Below are positions 36,950 through 51,249 of a stretch of 64,000 nt of DNA, in pieces. The translations under genes were made by a program, and so were the position numbers. How positions within the stretch are numbered: position 1 is the stretch's first letter; every line of letters begins with the position of its first letter. Under the pieces are notes generated by a model, which made no database searches, was not told the origin of the DNA, and saw only the letters and a list, made by a program, of their open reading frames with translations. The stretch lies in assembly GCA_036172245.1 (NCBI GenBank), contig JAYWIR010000023.1:2046001-2110000 (forward strand). The letters are read 5' to 3'. The stretch is from Raillietiella orientalis. Taxonomy: Eukaryota.

Positions 36950-37350
36950 TTGTTTCCTAGAGACTCTGTTACTAGCAGAAGTCTGCTAATCGGATTCTTT
37001 GAAATTCCTGCCGGGAGAATCCAGGGAGGCAAAGTCACGGCACCGCACCAAGGAGCGACTTGGATCTCTCGTACGTACTGTATTCTCGGAAGTCCCTGAA
37101 TGGATGGAGTGCACTTCCTTTGTAAGAGGGGTGCTGTCAAAGCGGAGAAGAGTGGACTGCATGCCATGCGAGACGCATTTCACGAAACCACGCATCCATG
37201 GATCCTGCAGCTTGTCTGGCGTGCGGCAACCGCTGCGCACCTGTGCAACTTCCACGATCACCTCATGAAGTACCGGTGCAAGATGCAAGCAGCTCCAACA
37301 GAAAAAAAGATGCGCTCCGCGAGTGGAATGCGCCAGAGTTGCAACACGAA
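36950..37350 (-). mobile_element. pogo/Tigger DDE_1 transposase relic
   Basis: VAQVRSGCRTPDKLQDPWMRGFVK resembles IPxGCTxxLQPLDxxxxKxFK. Confidence 0.35.
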
Positions 37351-38249
37351 TGTTTTTCCTGCTGAATTTCTTGTTTTTCCATTTTTCTTCGGAATTCCAG
37401 CAACGCAGACCTAAAGACCCCTGGGTTACTTAAATCTGCTGAGCTGTTTTGGAGAGCGGACGAAACGAGCCGACGATGGACCGATTCCAGAAATCCACGG
37501 CTGTCGGGCCTTCGCTTTTAGTGATATAGAGATTCGTAGGTTGCATGATAGAAGAACGAAAAAATAGATAGCCGGATGAGCCGGAGACCTGAAGATGACA
37601 CGACGCCGTAGAAATCAACCGACTCTTCGATAGTTAGGCAACGACAACGAGATCTGACGAAGACACCGAGACGACCGGATACCATGACGAGCCAGCGACA
37701 CGGTGATGAGCCAAGGACCTGCCTGACCAATACAACGCTGCTTCTTCGTAGGGGCCGGGATTTCCCTTTGGGGGGTAGCAGGAGGAGCTTCAGAAAGACG
37801 CAACTTCCTGGATAAATCGCTACTGTGTTTGGACTTAAAAGAACGCTTGCGAAGAGCGAAAAAAAAAAAAAAATGAGTAAGTAAGCAACTATTTTCCCAT
37901 CTTTTCAGATATACATCATGTATGCATACCTTTATAGTGTTAATCTTTAGCAGATAAGCATTCATTAGAGCTAAAGACGAAGGCAGATAACGAACAAGAA
38001 CAAATGGACAACGGGAGCTCCCCAAAATCACTAATGAGCCCGATTTTATGCACTCACGACTGAGCCGATGTACAAACGATTTTCGAAGGACCTTGGTAAA
38101 TAGTGAAAATAACCAGGCGTGTTTCTGCGTGGTTTGTAGAGGAGGAGTACCTACACCATTTTCGTTTCCAAGAAAATCGGGGAGCAATATTTTGCCTTAC
38201 GGAAAGAAAATTCATCTCCGCGAATGTTATGAATGTTGCATTTGAACAG

Positions 38250-40950
38250 TCCGAAATCTCACTGAGAAATGCGCATCCTTAGATACGACAGGTCTTTTCG
38301 CAATGCAGTACCAATGATTGCAAGCAATCAGATGTTTTCCTTGGTGAGTAAAAGGAAATTTCTTCCTTTGTTTTTGCATGTATGCATTCGAGGAAAATTC
38401 CTCTTCCTTTTGATCCAGTGCTCTGCGCTCGGCTTGATGGAACTTTCGAGCTGGCAAGTCTGAAAATCTCCTCGGCAGATCCTCAGATGCTTTATATGTT
38501 TTCGTGCTATCGCCATTTCGTTTAATCGGAAAAATGTGACCTCTTACGACACGTCTATTTTCCAACGATAAAAGGAGATTGTAATATCCAAAAATTCGTT
38601 TTCACGACTAACTGGTATGATGCATTCTTAGGACTTATGTTATTTGTTCTGACGCTAGAATAAATAACAGTTTTTGTGTAGTCCATGTAAAATGATGCCA
38701 TGTGGTTTTCATTAGAATATATGCCGGACTCGATGATGCTCGCAGTTCATTTCTAAGATTTCTCATCTTTTAATGCCTGCCTAAGAATCAATATGGCATA
38801 TTTTCACCACCCCCAACTGACCTCTCATGCCTTTTTGAGCACATATTTCGAAAAATCGTTCATTGGTTTGGGCTATGATAGCAAGAGTTCTGAACTTGCA
38901 GCTTTCAAGAGGCAATATCAATTCCCTTCAAAACGAGCGACTTCTAGAATTACAATAGAAATTCTTTTTTTTAGAAGGACGGGCAATGGCATTTCTGCAT
39001 GGCTTCCATCATGCTCCAGATCATCAGAAATACTAGAGTTCTTCGGTTTTACACAGATTTTCTCCCAGCACAGCTTCTCTGAAACTGGATAAGTCCGCAA
39101 TCTGCAGACATATCTGTCTTTGGTGCTGTCCTCGCCGTAGTTTCTACCTCTCTGTATCCATTGTATGTATACATACATGTATCTGTTCCACAGAATTCAC
39201 CTTTCCATTATACCACTGACTAGAAAGGTAATAGTCAATCTAAAAATTAGCATGCAATGATGGAGAGAGGTAGAAACTTCCCACAGAATCTGCAAGGTCA
39301 AAGCTCCACACATACATGTGCGTGTGCACATCATATATAACAAATTTGCACAGTGCTCATGATACCTGTAGCTTCGATTCACCTTTGGGCTTATTATTAC
39401 TGCTCATCACTGCTTATAAATGATGAGCGCCACGCTAGAAAGATGTGGATGGATTTCCTAAGAATTACGATCCAATTCTGAGTCCGTGGGCTCCAAGAAG
39501 GGTGAGAGTTGCTTACGTTACTTTGAAACTCGATAATTATTGCATTCATAAAAAAAAAAAAAAATCACAAATCATACTTTGTCTTGGGGACTGAAATGGA
39601 AAGGCATTGACGTTTTAACCGTTTAAAACCATTAGTCTGAAACCATCAAAGTGCTCCGATGGTAATGAGTACTCCATACGCATGCGCTATGTAGCGCATT
39701 ACATTTATTACTTTTTACACGAATAGACTCAAAGAAACATTCTGTTACCTTTCTGCAAGACTGTTACGCCTCGAAATATCCATCTTGTTGAGTCAATTAT
39801 TTTTTCGCTTGGCGAGAAGTTGTCTCCATGATTGGGGAGGCAATATTATGGCGCCTTGAAAATCGATGTCCACTAAACTCAAATTAGAGTCAAGCTTAAT
39901 TCGGACGGAGAATTGATTCACAAGAGGCTTTTGAACACATGAGAAACTCTTTGCATCTTCCCTAAGTAGGATACAAATCTTGTCTGCCTTCCTGGACAGA
40001 AGACTCGAGTAAGTCTTCTTCCACGGAGGACGAAACTGTTACGAACACGTGCAATCGAAGCGATGTGGCGACCGAGTGGACAAATGCTCGAGAGTGCTTT
40101 CAGAGTGGACCGGGGTCATCATACGGTAGTGTCCAGTAGTCTTGGATTGAAGCAAGACGGATTTCTGGGCGGCAGCACGGATTTTGACTGGAACGACGAA
40201 ACGTTGCTAGTGCTGGACTTCCAGGTCTTATTTCTGGAGTCTTTCAGTGATGAAGGACGTTCCGCAAGCACCAACTGTAAGCTGTCCAGAGAAGACCTGA
40301 GTTGCAATTCAAATTTGTTCCTCTCGGCAATCAAGGAAGCAGGGACGCACGTATCCGCAGCGAATTTTTTGTCCTTGCTCCTTGTCCTGCTCCAATAAAT
40401 CCTAAGGAAGTTCCTGAGCATTGGTAATGAAAACATCGAAAGAAACAACGCAGTTAGCCAAGAAACTAACTCTGACAACATGGAGCACAGAGGTAGGAAC
40501 CATGAAAACGAAGACGCACGTCTTCGTTTTCATGGTTTCTGACCTTCGAAGCTTTCAATGACCAGCAAGGTTGTTGGATATTCGGCGAATCAACTTCATG
40601 AAACCGGCGTTATTCAACAGAAAGTGTGGCTGCAAATCACTGGAATTCTTAACCACATTTGCGACTGAATCATGATGATGAAATGAAGTGCTGAAGAAAG
40701 ATGAGAAGTATGAAGGAATGAGTATTCTTTGAACCAGGTTTGAGCATTCTAAAGACCATAAGGAGCAACAGTGCTTGAAGAATAAGAAGAAAAAACACTG
40801 CTCTTTCTTTTCGCCCGAAAGAGAAGGTTTCTTGTGAGGCTGGTTGGCGATCGCTTTTATGCTTTGGAACATTTGCGAAAAAGGGCAGGGAAAGTTCCAC
40901 AGCATCTTTGATGCTGCATTTTGCCTTTTAAACTTTCATGCTTCAGATTT
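38250..40950 (-). mobile_element. hAT (ZBED-type) transposase pseudogene, fragmented
   Basis: In order: SKMLWNF (BED start), DLQPHFLLNNAGFMKLI (DxQPFSxVExxGF), TCMCGALTL (CxAHxL), PKPMNDFS..KYA, HWIKRKRNFPRM (hATC). Segment ~39900-40540 is not assigned. Confidence 0.5.
40498..40537. repeat. perfect 19-bp inverted repeat with 2-nt spacer
   Basis: aaccatgaaaacgaagacg-ca-cgtcttcgttttcatggtt. Confidence 0.95.
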
Positions 40951-41749
40951 ACTCTGCTCTTCGTTGACTCATCCGGTGTTATTGCACATTGGTCGCAGGA
41001 TCTTCCGGATTTCTTCGTATTCGTTTAGATTACTTCAAGCTCCTGAATGCTAACTAACTCTTGCTTCCTTTGCTTTTCTTGATACAGCTGTCCTTCCAGA
41101 GTTTTGGGAATTTTTTCTTGAACGAAGCTTCGAAAAGCGTCCTACTCGGCGTCCTTTTTCGGAGGAAATCAGACAAATCTAGGTCTCGAAGTTTCTGTTT
41201 TCATTTTATCGATTAGAACCTGACAGAGAGAAAACTATAGACGTTGATTCAGGAATCATTTCGAGAGAAAACCGAGCGCTAAGATATAACAACGTACTGA
41301 TAATCAAGCTGACAGAAGGGATGTGCAGATGCCTCTTGTTTTAGAAGTGTCCAAATTTCAAAAGAAATATTCTTCAAGAAGGAGATATAACGTAAATAAA
41401 TAGAAGCAGCAAACTGCTGGGTGTCATGAGCCAGATCTACTGGAAGGTTTGTGTCATTGATAATCAATATAAACACGCGAAGAGTCCAGATTTCCAGGAG
41501 ATAAAATTTAAGAAACTCATGGTGAGTCCGCACTAAGTGTTTCCCTTAGGAAGAAAATGTGACGCCATTTGAAAAGAGAGCCATATTTCATCAAGTGTGC
41601 TGAATTGACTGTCTCATGCTCCCAGGAATAAATTCTATCCTGCTTGAATATAAGAAATTTTCGTTCGAATCAACTGCTTCCGTGGAAGGCACAAGTGCTG
41701 CTGCATAAAATCGGGCTCCTTCCGGTTCGGGTGACCTTCGTATCTCACT

Positions 41750-43300
41750 GCACTTTTTCCTACGTCTCGTCTGTATCGTAGCTACGAGGTTCCACAGACT
41801 TTCCATGGTTACCCTCGTTTTCTCGACGGGTGTTGAAGGGTGAACGTTTCCATGGTGAGGAGAAAGCGTCTGAGCACTCCGCCGCAACGGCTGGGACCCA
41901 CAGTCTTGCTGTCTGCGCCGGGCTTTATCAGTACTCTCCCGATTCGGCTTGGCGATGCTCTGGCATTTCAAAGTGCAGCGTCTTCTTCGACTGAGTGGAT
42001 CAGCTCTCTGTCTCTCGGAGCGTGACCTGGCCCGCGCATCCGGTAGATGCTCTCTGCCTCTGCCTTGGATGTCGAACGACACCGTCAGCGTGCTGAGCTG
42101 GTGCGCGCGTACGCTCTTGGAATTTCCAGCTCCTATCGAGCATCTCCGTATTCTTGGATGCCCATGACCTGGCGATAACCGCATAAACTGACTTTGGCGT
42201 TTTTCTTGGGATTGGAAAGGCAAGCGCGTGAAGTTCGAATTTTCATCTTTCGCCTCTCTCTCTCGCCGTCTGCAGTGCCGCCGCTGTTGCACTTTCAAAT
42301 GATCAGAATGCATCCAGAATTGCTCTTTAGTCCTCTTTTCTCGGAACCACTGATGGACGCTCTTTGGCAGCTGCTCAGAGAGCGACGCCGCTCATCCGAC
42401 CACTTTCTCGAACTCTCAATAAAAATAACTCCCTCGTTGTTCAGGAGCACTTGAATCTTTATTTTTTCTATCGATGCGCATGGCCAGCTTGCGGTACTCC
42501 CACTCACCTGGAGTGAGATGCTTTTTCCTCTGATACTCTTTGTCTCGACGTCGCGAGGAAGACCCGGCTCATGGAATGAAGAGTCGTTTTATCACGAATA
42601 TTCCTTTGCACAAACCTTGGACCAGCTCTTCGAAGGACCATTTCAAGATATCGGTATTTCTTGAACGCTTTCGCCAGAACTCAGGCAAAGACTGGAAGGA
42701 GAAACAGATACTCTCTCTTGGTCTGATCCGAAGGCAGATTTTCCGGTATTTCGTGAATTTGAAGATCATGGATGCGTTTTAACAACATGATCGCTGAAAG
42801 GGATGTGCAGGCATTTCGGAAGCGCTGGAGCGTCAGACGAGGAAGCCGTCCCAAGGCATCGAGAAGCGCTGTTGACGAAAAAGCACTTCTTTCAAGAGCC
42901 ACCAAGGCGCCTCTTGAAAAGAAATACGGATGGAGTAGAGTCGGCTTGTCTCCTCAAACGGCGTGAGATTCAGCTGCAACCGAAAGTCCAAATTGCTGTT
43001 TTCGTGCAGCCAAGAATTCCTGATGTCACAAAGTGAAGTTCCGAAGCAGCAGTTCTTCCTGGAACAGAGGAGGAGGGAGAGCGAGGAGGAAAAAGGTGAC
43101 AGAGATACATATGGAGAGAATATCTCCCCCAGGGAGACCCAGTGCGATCATTTCAGTTCTCGCAGAGGGGGATTTGAAATTTTCGGAGTGAGAGAGAGGA
43201 TAGGCTACTGATTTCCCACAAACTCAAATAATCTCGAAGACCAGAAGAGAGGACTTTCGAGAGGCCTGAAGATAAAGAGAGAGCTCAGAAATTTGCTCTG
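41750..43300 (-). mobile_element. hAT transposase pseudogene (CGGBP1/DUF659-like type)
   Basis: PKISNPPLRELK (IPLxKxxxPxLR), FVNSASRCLGTA...LPKCLHIPFSDHVV (DxAxYM...HxxCxAH), ARLWVPAVAAECSDAFS...TRR (hATC). Confidence 0.6.
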
Positions 43301-46099
43301 GGGTGAGATCTGAGCTCCCTTGTGTTGTTCTGAAGACACAACACTACCTCGATTGGACGCGATAGGTCCCGATATTGCGAGGGTGTGCTTCGGGGGCTAA
43401 TTTTGCAACGGCCACTCTCCCAAAACTAGCACCCATCTTCCGTCGGCGCGAAATCACTCCAGGCAGTGAGAGGAACCGTGTCTTGGGTGGCTACGTGAAG
43501 GCTTGAGAAGCGGGATTTTCCTAGGCAATCCGAATGCCGGACGCTGGCTGAGCTCCGTGCAAGCTGCCCTTTCGTTTCTGAAGTGTCGGCTGGTTGGCAT
43601 TTTTGACGCCTTCCCCAGTTGGCAGTCCATGAAAGCTGGGTCCGGAAGGGAAACTGCATTTCTAGAGCGCTGTTAGCCACGCCTTTCATTCATCATTTGT
43701 GTGAATAATTTGGGCCCGGTGCGTCCCGAACCACTCAGATACCGGGGGCGCGGACGATGAATGGGCTTCCGTCCCCGGGATTTGCTTCTGTATCTCTTCA
43801 GCGAAACATCAAAAGGGGAGAAAACATTCCCAGGTTTCCCAGAAGTTACACGCTCCTCCACAGTTGCATCCATCAATCCTGGACGTCATTACCGTCATTG
43901 CATGGTTTGCGCTGACGAACTGCAGAAAAGCAAGAAATTTTAATAGGTGATTTGGAAGCGTAGAGAGCGATCGATCCCAACCTCGTCCTTGCTGATCATG
44001 GAATCATGCAAGTGAAACGTAAAGATTGCTAGTTCCGATTCCGGGATCGCAGGTGTCCAAACGCGTTGTCCTGCAAGCGAAGGACATCTGCCGCTAACGA
44101 GCCATCCTCGTTCTTCCAGAGCCGAAGAAGTTCTTCCAGATCAGATGCGGCGTCACTCAGGACTCATTATTCCAGAAGATGAGAAAGGAATACTCCGAGT
44201 TCAGCTGAGCGACCGATCAGTAGGACACTCGGTTACTTCTAAAGTTTAGTTTGAATGTCATCTGACAGTGTGTGGAGCTGAACGCAAGTCCAGGTCTCCA
44301 AGAGAGCTCACTTGAAGAACAGAATACCTCATTGGAAGGGAATCAGTGGAGGACTCGGGAAAATCAAAACGACAGAAAGGTCCACCGATTCGATCTGAAA
44401 AACCAAGCTGAGAACATGCAAATGAGTATCGCTGAGGTGAACGGAGTAGATAGGGGATATACTCAAAGCACTGAGGGGAGGAAGAAAGCGACTGTTCTTT
44501 GTTATCTTCTTTTTCTAGGAGCCACGGATAGTAGTTCTTGCGTCACCACTATCCATATGGTGGTGAAAATGCTAGGGCGGGTGAGGAACAATATCTCGCG
44601 CATACTAGGGAAATGATTTTATGTAGTTTCCGTCACTAGGGAGGTCCTCTACCATTCTGTGCTGTGGTTGCTGATGAAGTGTCCTTTTAGACGAGCTCAG
44701 GAGGTTAGCCCAGTTATTCTTATCGAACTCCATTCATCGGAATAAGTAGTAGGGAGTGACCCAATGTCCTGAAATCCACATCCCGGGCTTGCAAACCTCC
44801 ACAGCAAAGGACCAGAACCAGTGTCAACTTGTATGCTCTTGGTTGGTATGTGACCCATGTTGCATCCATTCATTCTTCACCGATCTTTCCAGGTGGAGTG
44901 GTCATGTGGTCAATCGGCTAGAAAACGAAGCTGTAGCCATTTCACTTTTTGTGCAATGAATTGCAGGTCATCAGGAAGTTAAATTGGGAAAAATTTGAAT
45001 TCCAGTTTTAAAACTTAGTCTCACGTGTGAGCAGCTCGAGCAGGTGATCATTTTGTCACGCCTTGCTCGGATGCTGCGAGTTCTGCCACATGCAAGTTAA
45101 GGAATCCTTAGAAGCCTTAGAGGTGCGTTGTGTGTCGGGAGCTCCATCTTCTCAGGCTGTTCATTCCTTCCTTATGCTTTTATCGCTCTCACAGATTATA
45201 GTCTCGTATTTTTTCTCGGTGGAAGTTTCTGGCGGCTTCAGACCCTGTGACAAAATGGTTCCAAATGAGACAGTGGTATACTGCGTGAGAAGATGAATAC
45301 CGATCCCATTCAGGACGAAGAGAATGGTTTCTTTACGAATATTTCCGCATTTTGTTCATGGACAAGTGCTTTTTTCAAGATCATCTTCTCTGATCTCTAG
45401 GATATGTACCAGCGAGTTTTCCAAGCAATTAGCGAAAATGGGCGTCATTCTTCCCGAATTCCTTGGAATCCTGATACCAAAGCAAAAGCTTTTCCAGGAT
45501 CCGGATGGCTCCAAAAGTGCTCACATGCAGATGGATTGGAATTCCACTCTCTAATGTCCTACGTCTTGCCCGATGGGAGAATTGCTCGTGCCAAAGCTCA
45601 TTTAGAGGAACGAGTGAGTGTTTGCTTTAGAGTTCTGCTTGTGTCTTTAGGATGTTCCACTGGGTCACCTTCAGTTCAAATTTAGACACAAAATGAATAA
45701 ATGCGGGATCCCAGCTGCAGATTTTCTATGACAAGACAATTCTTTGATGTCCACAAAACTTCTAGACAAGTGAAATCGATGAGCAGCATCTGGATAATCG
45801 GAACTGGATGAGATCTTAACGGACAGGAGGTCACTATTATAAGCCATCATTCCGAAATTAAAATTTTCTACAAAGGATGCTGTCTGAAAGATTTATTTTT
45901 GAGAATTCTTTTTCCTTTTTGTTCGACGGTTTTGATGTAGTTCCCCAACTGCCATCTCTGTGACTGTTTCTTCGGAAGTAGCTCTGCTCGTACCAAGAAA
46001 GAACCACATGCTAGCTATAAAGCGAAGCTGGAGTTCCTCAGTACTGATACGGAGGAAAAACGGCTAATTTACCATCGCATCTCAGTCGGAAGATCCGAA

Positions 46100-47310
46100 T
46101 TCCGTCTTGCCATCTTTGTTTCCTTCTTTAGTCGAGGACATTTATTTCTTACCTCCCCAAGTTCTGCTTGGATAGAAGTGTTCGAAAAGAAACGGAACCG
46201 GTTTGTTGCGGTCATCAGAAAGAAATGGTGACATCTCTGAAGTGGGAACTTTGTCGACAAGAAACCAGAAATTGGAAGTGGGAGCAGGTAAGAGTTCAGC
46301 AGAGAAAAGAATCGAGCGGCCCCTTGTCTTCCTTCGGAGTAGCTGGGCGAAGATGCTTTCGAAAGATGAAAATTCGATTAATTGGAAAGTTCTCAAGAGT
46401 GTTGTTCCCATTTGAGAAGTATGTTGTTGGTGCTACTTCAAGAGATCCAAAGACATTGGAAAGAGTTTGGCTGCTAGAAGTCCCCCAAAAGTTTCAAGCT
46501 CCGGGAGTCAAGGGAATTGTCTTGCCGCTGATGGATTCCGCCGTCAACATATTGACGAGGAAACTCCAAGCTCTCAAATTGATTATCGCCTTTTCGGTTG
46601 GGTTTCGGACACGGATGCGTGATGCACGGAGCGCATCACTGCATCACAGACATGCAGGCATAAGAAAGCAAGCTTGAGAGATCGACCGTTCAGCTCAGCA
46701 CCTTCAGGGATGGGAAGGAGGGCTGCTTCTCTCGACCGTGCGCGACCTCCAGCCCTTTGCTCTCATGGACTGGACGGAATTCTGAAAGAGCGATTCTTCT
46801 CAGTTTCACCCTGATCTTGCGAAAAGTTAGCTCTGCAACATCTTGGAAACGATATTCAGGTGAAGGATAATCAGAAAAGATCCGGATCTGCCAACAGTCA
46901 GTGGAAGCAGAGCAAGAAACAATGTGCAAAACAACCTTCTTGAGACCAAATCCGAATGTCAGGTTCTGCGACGGTTTGATGGACATTCCTCACAGAGCTC
47001 CATGGAAAACAGCGAGAAAGCTAGCAAGTAATGGAGTGGAGAAAGATGTTAATGCTGACCTCGGAGCAGCAATTTCTAGCCGAAACCTGCAAAGCCACCG
47101 ACAGCTGAGCTCCGCGCGCTACGATGGCGCCGCAAATTTCCTTTTTCTCTTTCGTTCTTTGTGCCACTTTCTGTTCCACTCATTCTTTAAAGCCCCTCAG
47201 ATTTCTGGGAGAGAGTTCAAGAGCAACGAGAGTATCCTGTGATTCTGGCAAATTCTCTCTTCGTCGACCTTTTCAATTGGGATCCTTCGATGCTGGAATT
47301 TCTTTGGTCT
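46100..47310 (-). mobile_element. Tigger/TIGD (pogo-family) transposase pseudogene
   Basis: RKRKRK...RW..FR...P.S (CENP-B HTH), LHIVSCSAS (GESxSA), YPSPEYRFQDVAELTFRK (YxxxxIFNxDETGLF), TTLLRTFQLIEFSSFESIF (TTxxLQPxD..FK..Y). Confidence 0.55.
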
Positions 47311-47329
47311 TCAAGTTGCTTCTTGAAGA

Positions 47330-48480
47330 TCCCGATGCTGAGCTCCGAACGACAGATGCTGCAGCCCTGCACACAGTCTGCTCTGCTTACGTGCTACTGC
47401 TGCATGGGTTTCAGCGCATGCGAGCGACCGTTAGCTCGACTTCATGTGACACACTGCCTGCGAGTGACCGCTATTCTCTGAGAAGATCGTTAGTGACTCC
47501 AGGCATCCTTGGTCTCCCAATGACTTCACCGGTGCAGGCTTTGAACGATGGACTGCCGATTTGTTTGAGAGCAGGAGTCTTCGTCCTGTCAACACTTGTC
47601 GTCTCTCTCTTTCATCCTGTTTTCTCAACCCTCAGAGATAAGGAGGCGGGTGTGGCAGAAGCCATCTCTGGAGAGTCAGGGCGTTGCAGACTTTTTTCGA
47701 GGACTTCTGCGCCGATTGATGTGCCAGACCGGAGCTTTGAGAGAAGATGTCGAATCAGAACCCTTCTCTTGAGCTTTAAGATTCCTGGCAAGGCGGTAAG
47801 TAGAAGAAGCTGGAGTCCCATTCACCGTGGCGGCACGGCCCAACAACGCTGGATGGCTATGTAGAGCATACACTTTCTTGTAGAAGCAGCAGCTGACAAG
47901 CAACCTCGGTGATTAACGGAGCTTCCGGCTAAAGAAGCGCGCACACCTTTGAATGTCGGCTCTTTGAAGTCTTCCGTAGGCATAGCAAACATATCCTCTT
48001 GAAAACCAAAGGGCTGGTGAGGAATCGCAATTTTTTTTATTTTTCGCCTCCGCCGGACACTGACGACCTCTGAAAACGGGCCTGGAAGAGGAAGCTCAGA
48101 TGAGAGACACGGACGACAAGTTTTCGATTCTCAGAAGGGAATTTTCAGTCTTCCAGAAACCACCACTTTTCCATAAAATGCTTCTACAGGGCATTTTTTG
48201 GAGCAGTGAGGTGTCAAGTGACGGTCTACTTGAGAGTCGGAGGAAGCCTCATGGTCAGGCAGAGAACCTCGAGCAGGAAGCCCCTTGGAAGAGTAAAGCA
48301 AGGACAGTAGCAAAAATTTCTGCTACGCCTGCTACTTGTCACTCTCTTCCCGACTATTCTCAAAGGTCGCATCACTGTCATCTGTATGCAGACGCAGCCT
48401 TCAAATCAAAAGTCTCATTCCTTCCCTCTTCCCAGTCCGAAAGCAACCATTCCACCCTGCTGCTACCGCTTCTAGGATAC
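47330..48480 (+). mobile_element. hAT (ZMYM1-like) transposase relic
   Basis: ALHTVCSAYVLLL (HCxAHxLNL), FERWTA (TRW), SSVCRRSLQIKS (SxxCERSFS). Confidence 0.35.
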
Positions 48481-49249
48481 TGGAAACTTCCCACGCTGGA
48501 GCATTTCGAGTAACCAGGGCTGGCACCAACTCAGAAGAGACAGTGTCCCTCTTAACTGCGTCAGACACAGGATTACGGAGTCGTTCTTTTTTTACCTGCC
48601 CTGGGCTGCTGTGACATCCCGTTGCTCTGGAGCATCTTTGGCTGCCTGCTGCTCAGATAGCGCTTCAGAGGTGTGCCACAAGGGTTCTCCTACAGAGGCA
48701 AACTCTCGCCAGAAGGTACAGAGTCGAGTTGTTCACTCAGTACAGTGGAGTCGAAGCAGGAACCAACAGGGAGCCACCTCCACGTTCATGCGCAACCTTC
48801 CACGATTCACTGATGGATCCATGCAGAGACACCACCTGGATCGGTGCGAAGGAGGATACATCCCACAACATCCGAAGCAAGGAGCACTCCTTCCACTCCC
48901 AGTGTTTATTTAAGTAGGGCCTCTTCCCAATTTCAATTCGGCCTGCGCTCTCAGTCGACCTGCAAGTCTCTGTTTCTCTCCTCCAAGGGGCTGACTTCAG
49001 CAAGAACGTGGTCACAACTCTGTGCGCTCACCTTCTTTTCTTCGAATAAGAAATTAACACTCCGGTCTACTAAGTGGCCATCTTGGAAGCTATCACAATG
49101 CGCTTCCATCTGCAGCTCGTTGGTCACCAAAGGGACATTCGAATCCAGGTACAAATGGGAGCGGGTCCTATCCTCTCTTTTCGGAGAGGTTCTTCTGGCA
49201 GTCAGCCAGCACGACTGAGCTTTGAGTGTTTTTATTTTAGGTTGCAGAG

Positions 49250-49860
49250 TCAAGCAACGGCATCAATCCGCATCTTTCATGAGTCTCCCCTTGAATGCTT
49301 TCGAATGTCCCAAATAGGCAGAGAACCCTTTTAGATTTTTGAAAGCTCTAAGGAAAGTGTCGAGCGTCCAGTGTCATAGAGCTGCATGTTGTCGAAAAAA
49401 CTATCCTACATCGGACCCCTGTCTTAGGATGTATAGGTGAAGGAGCAGCAGTGTCAAGGGTCTAAAAGCCTGCCAATCCTGGAAAAGTAGGTTGGATCCG
49501 CCGGCGGGCAGCGCGACGGATTTTCGCCCTATCTGAAAACGAAGCTCCTTTCGGTTTTCCAGTAATCCCAGTGGCTGTGGCAGGAGATCTCTGATGGTAG
49601 CCGGGTTCTGCGCAATGTCAAGTTTCAAAGAGCCCTCCAAAAGACGACACTTTGCAGATGAAAGTCTGAGATGCCGTCTTGGAAACCCAGGATGGCTCTC
49701 TGAGTGGATTCTTTGTTCGCCACCATAGGGAGATATCCTGAAAAAAATGGCAACAGTTTTCCCACTCCGGAGTGCCTGATGTCAATCCACGGAGAGAACC
49801 TTAAAATGGACAGCACGTGAAGATACAACGGATGCTGGAAGAGGAGGATCAAAGGAACAA
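49250..49860 (+). mobile_element. non-LTR RT relic
   Basis: Frameshifted LDF/LKALRKV (LDFxKAFDKV), CQGSKSLPIL (QGSxLxPxL), KSE...RYNG (KS..YLG). Confidence 0.35.
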
Positions 49861-50399
49861 GGAAATAACATAAGGGACGGCAAAGATCCGTTACCCGGAA
49901 CTGATCTGCTTCTCGAGAACTCGAGGATGGAATGGGACGGGACGCGTGATAGAGAAGGACAGATTTTCACCCAGTCACGTCGGGGCACTTTTTTTAATGA
50001 AAAAGGTAAACAAATTAACTGGGAACGCAGTTCCCACAAGCAACAGAAAGAAATTCAGAGAGAAGGATCCCCATCTCTCAGACTGGGTCCTCAAAAGGTC
50101 TTGAGCGGGAGGGAGGGTACTATCAATAAATAAAGGAGAGAGGGGGTAAAGGCAGAGTGGTTTGAAACCACTTTCCTTACTGAAGTCGGAGCCGAGTAGC
50201 ATCGACCTCCCTGGTGGTTTCTTCTTTCAAGAGAGGACACCTTGCTGCTGCCCCTCATGAAGGCAGCTACCGTGCAGGTGGCCTCCCTTCTCTGCGCCCG
50301 TGGCTCCAGCACAAAGCAGGCTGTAGGACAATGGGTGAGTACTGAGCCACCTCTTTCAGCCGCAAGCGGTGTTGATTAAAAACAATGAAATGATGGTTG

Positions 50400-50860
50400 A
50401 TCAAACGATGGTTCAGGAGTACCGTGACTTGACTATGGGAAACAGTCAGGGACGCTACTCTCGCTTCCTTTCAAAGTCCTCGCTAACGGAGAACGCCGCC
50501 AGAGGGCAAAGTAGGACAGTTCACGGCAAATCAGGTCTTCATGCGCACGCAAATGATCCTCTGAAGCAGCGGCACAAGAGCTATGGCAGGAAACTTCAAT
50601 CCCGTCATCACTGCATCCACTCGAACTTATTTTCGCGCACTGCTTCCCGTAAGTACCTGTTGCTAAGCGCGAAGCGGAGAGAAAACGAAGGGTGCTGACA
50701 GCATCTCGTTCTATTTCTGCAGCCAGAAGGAGAGACTGGACAAATATCTCCCTATAGGAATCCTTATTGGATCCAGAGAAATTCATCGAGAGTTCCCGTC
50801 TATCAGAGCAGTTTGTTTTCCTTCCTAACAGCATCAGAATCAGCTGCCACCTCCTGTAAT
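50400..50860 (-). mobile_element. Harbinger/PIF transposase N-terminal relic
   Basis: ERDAVSTLRFL...LATGTY...CAAASEDHL matches ERLxxTLRFLATGxSY...CxAI. Confidence 0.55.
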
Positions 50861-51249
50861 TCTCCAATTTATTGTCTTTATACTTTTGTCATTTTGGCTA
50901 CTGTTCTTATTCTTATTCTACTTCAGATTCCTTATTACTATTGCTTGAATCGTTGTCGTGGCAGCTGATCTTCCAGCTTCCTTTTTCCCCGCCCCATGTC
51001 GATGCCAGGTTCCTCCTAGATGCACCGGAAAGGGTCAACCAGATCGATATCAATCATGAGCCGTTGTTTGCTCCATGCTTCCATCGCATGACACAACGGC
51101 GCTGCTGATTATCTGCATCTCCCCTCTTTAGAGACGCTTCAGTTGGTTCTTGTAAGAAGCATCTTCCATGAATATTTAGATGTGTGATTGCTTTTCTCCA
51201 GGATCACCGGAAGTCATGAGGAAACTCGAGATTATTTCTCCCTTTCCAT

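Noticed and set aside
41591..42313. 240-aa ORF (and the 246-aa ORF at 47124-47864) as host genes
   Set aside because: No coherent domain; these are off-frame or chimeric readings over hAT/Tigger relics.
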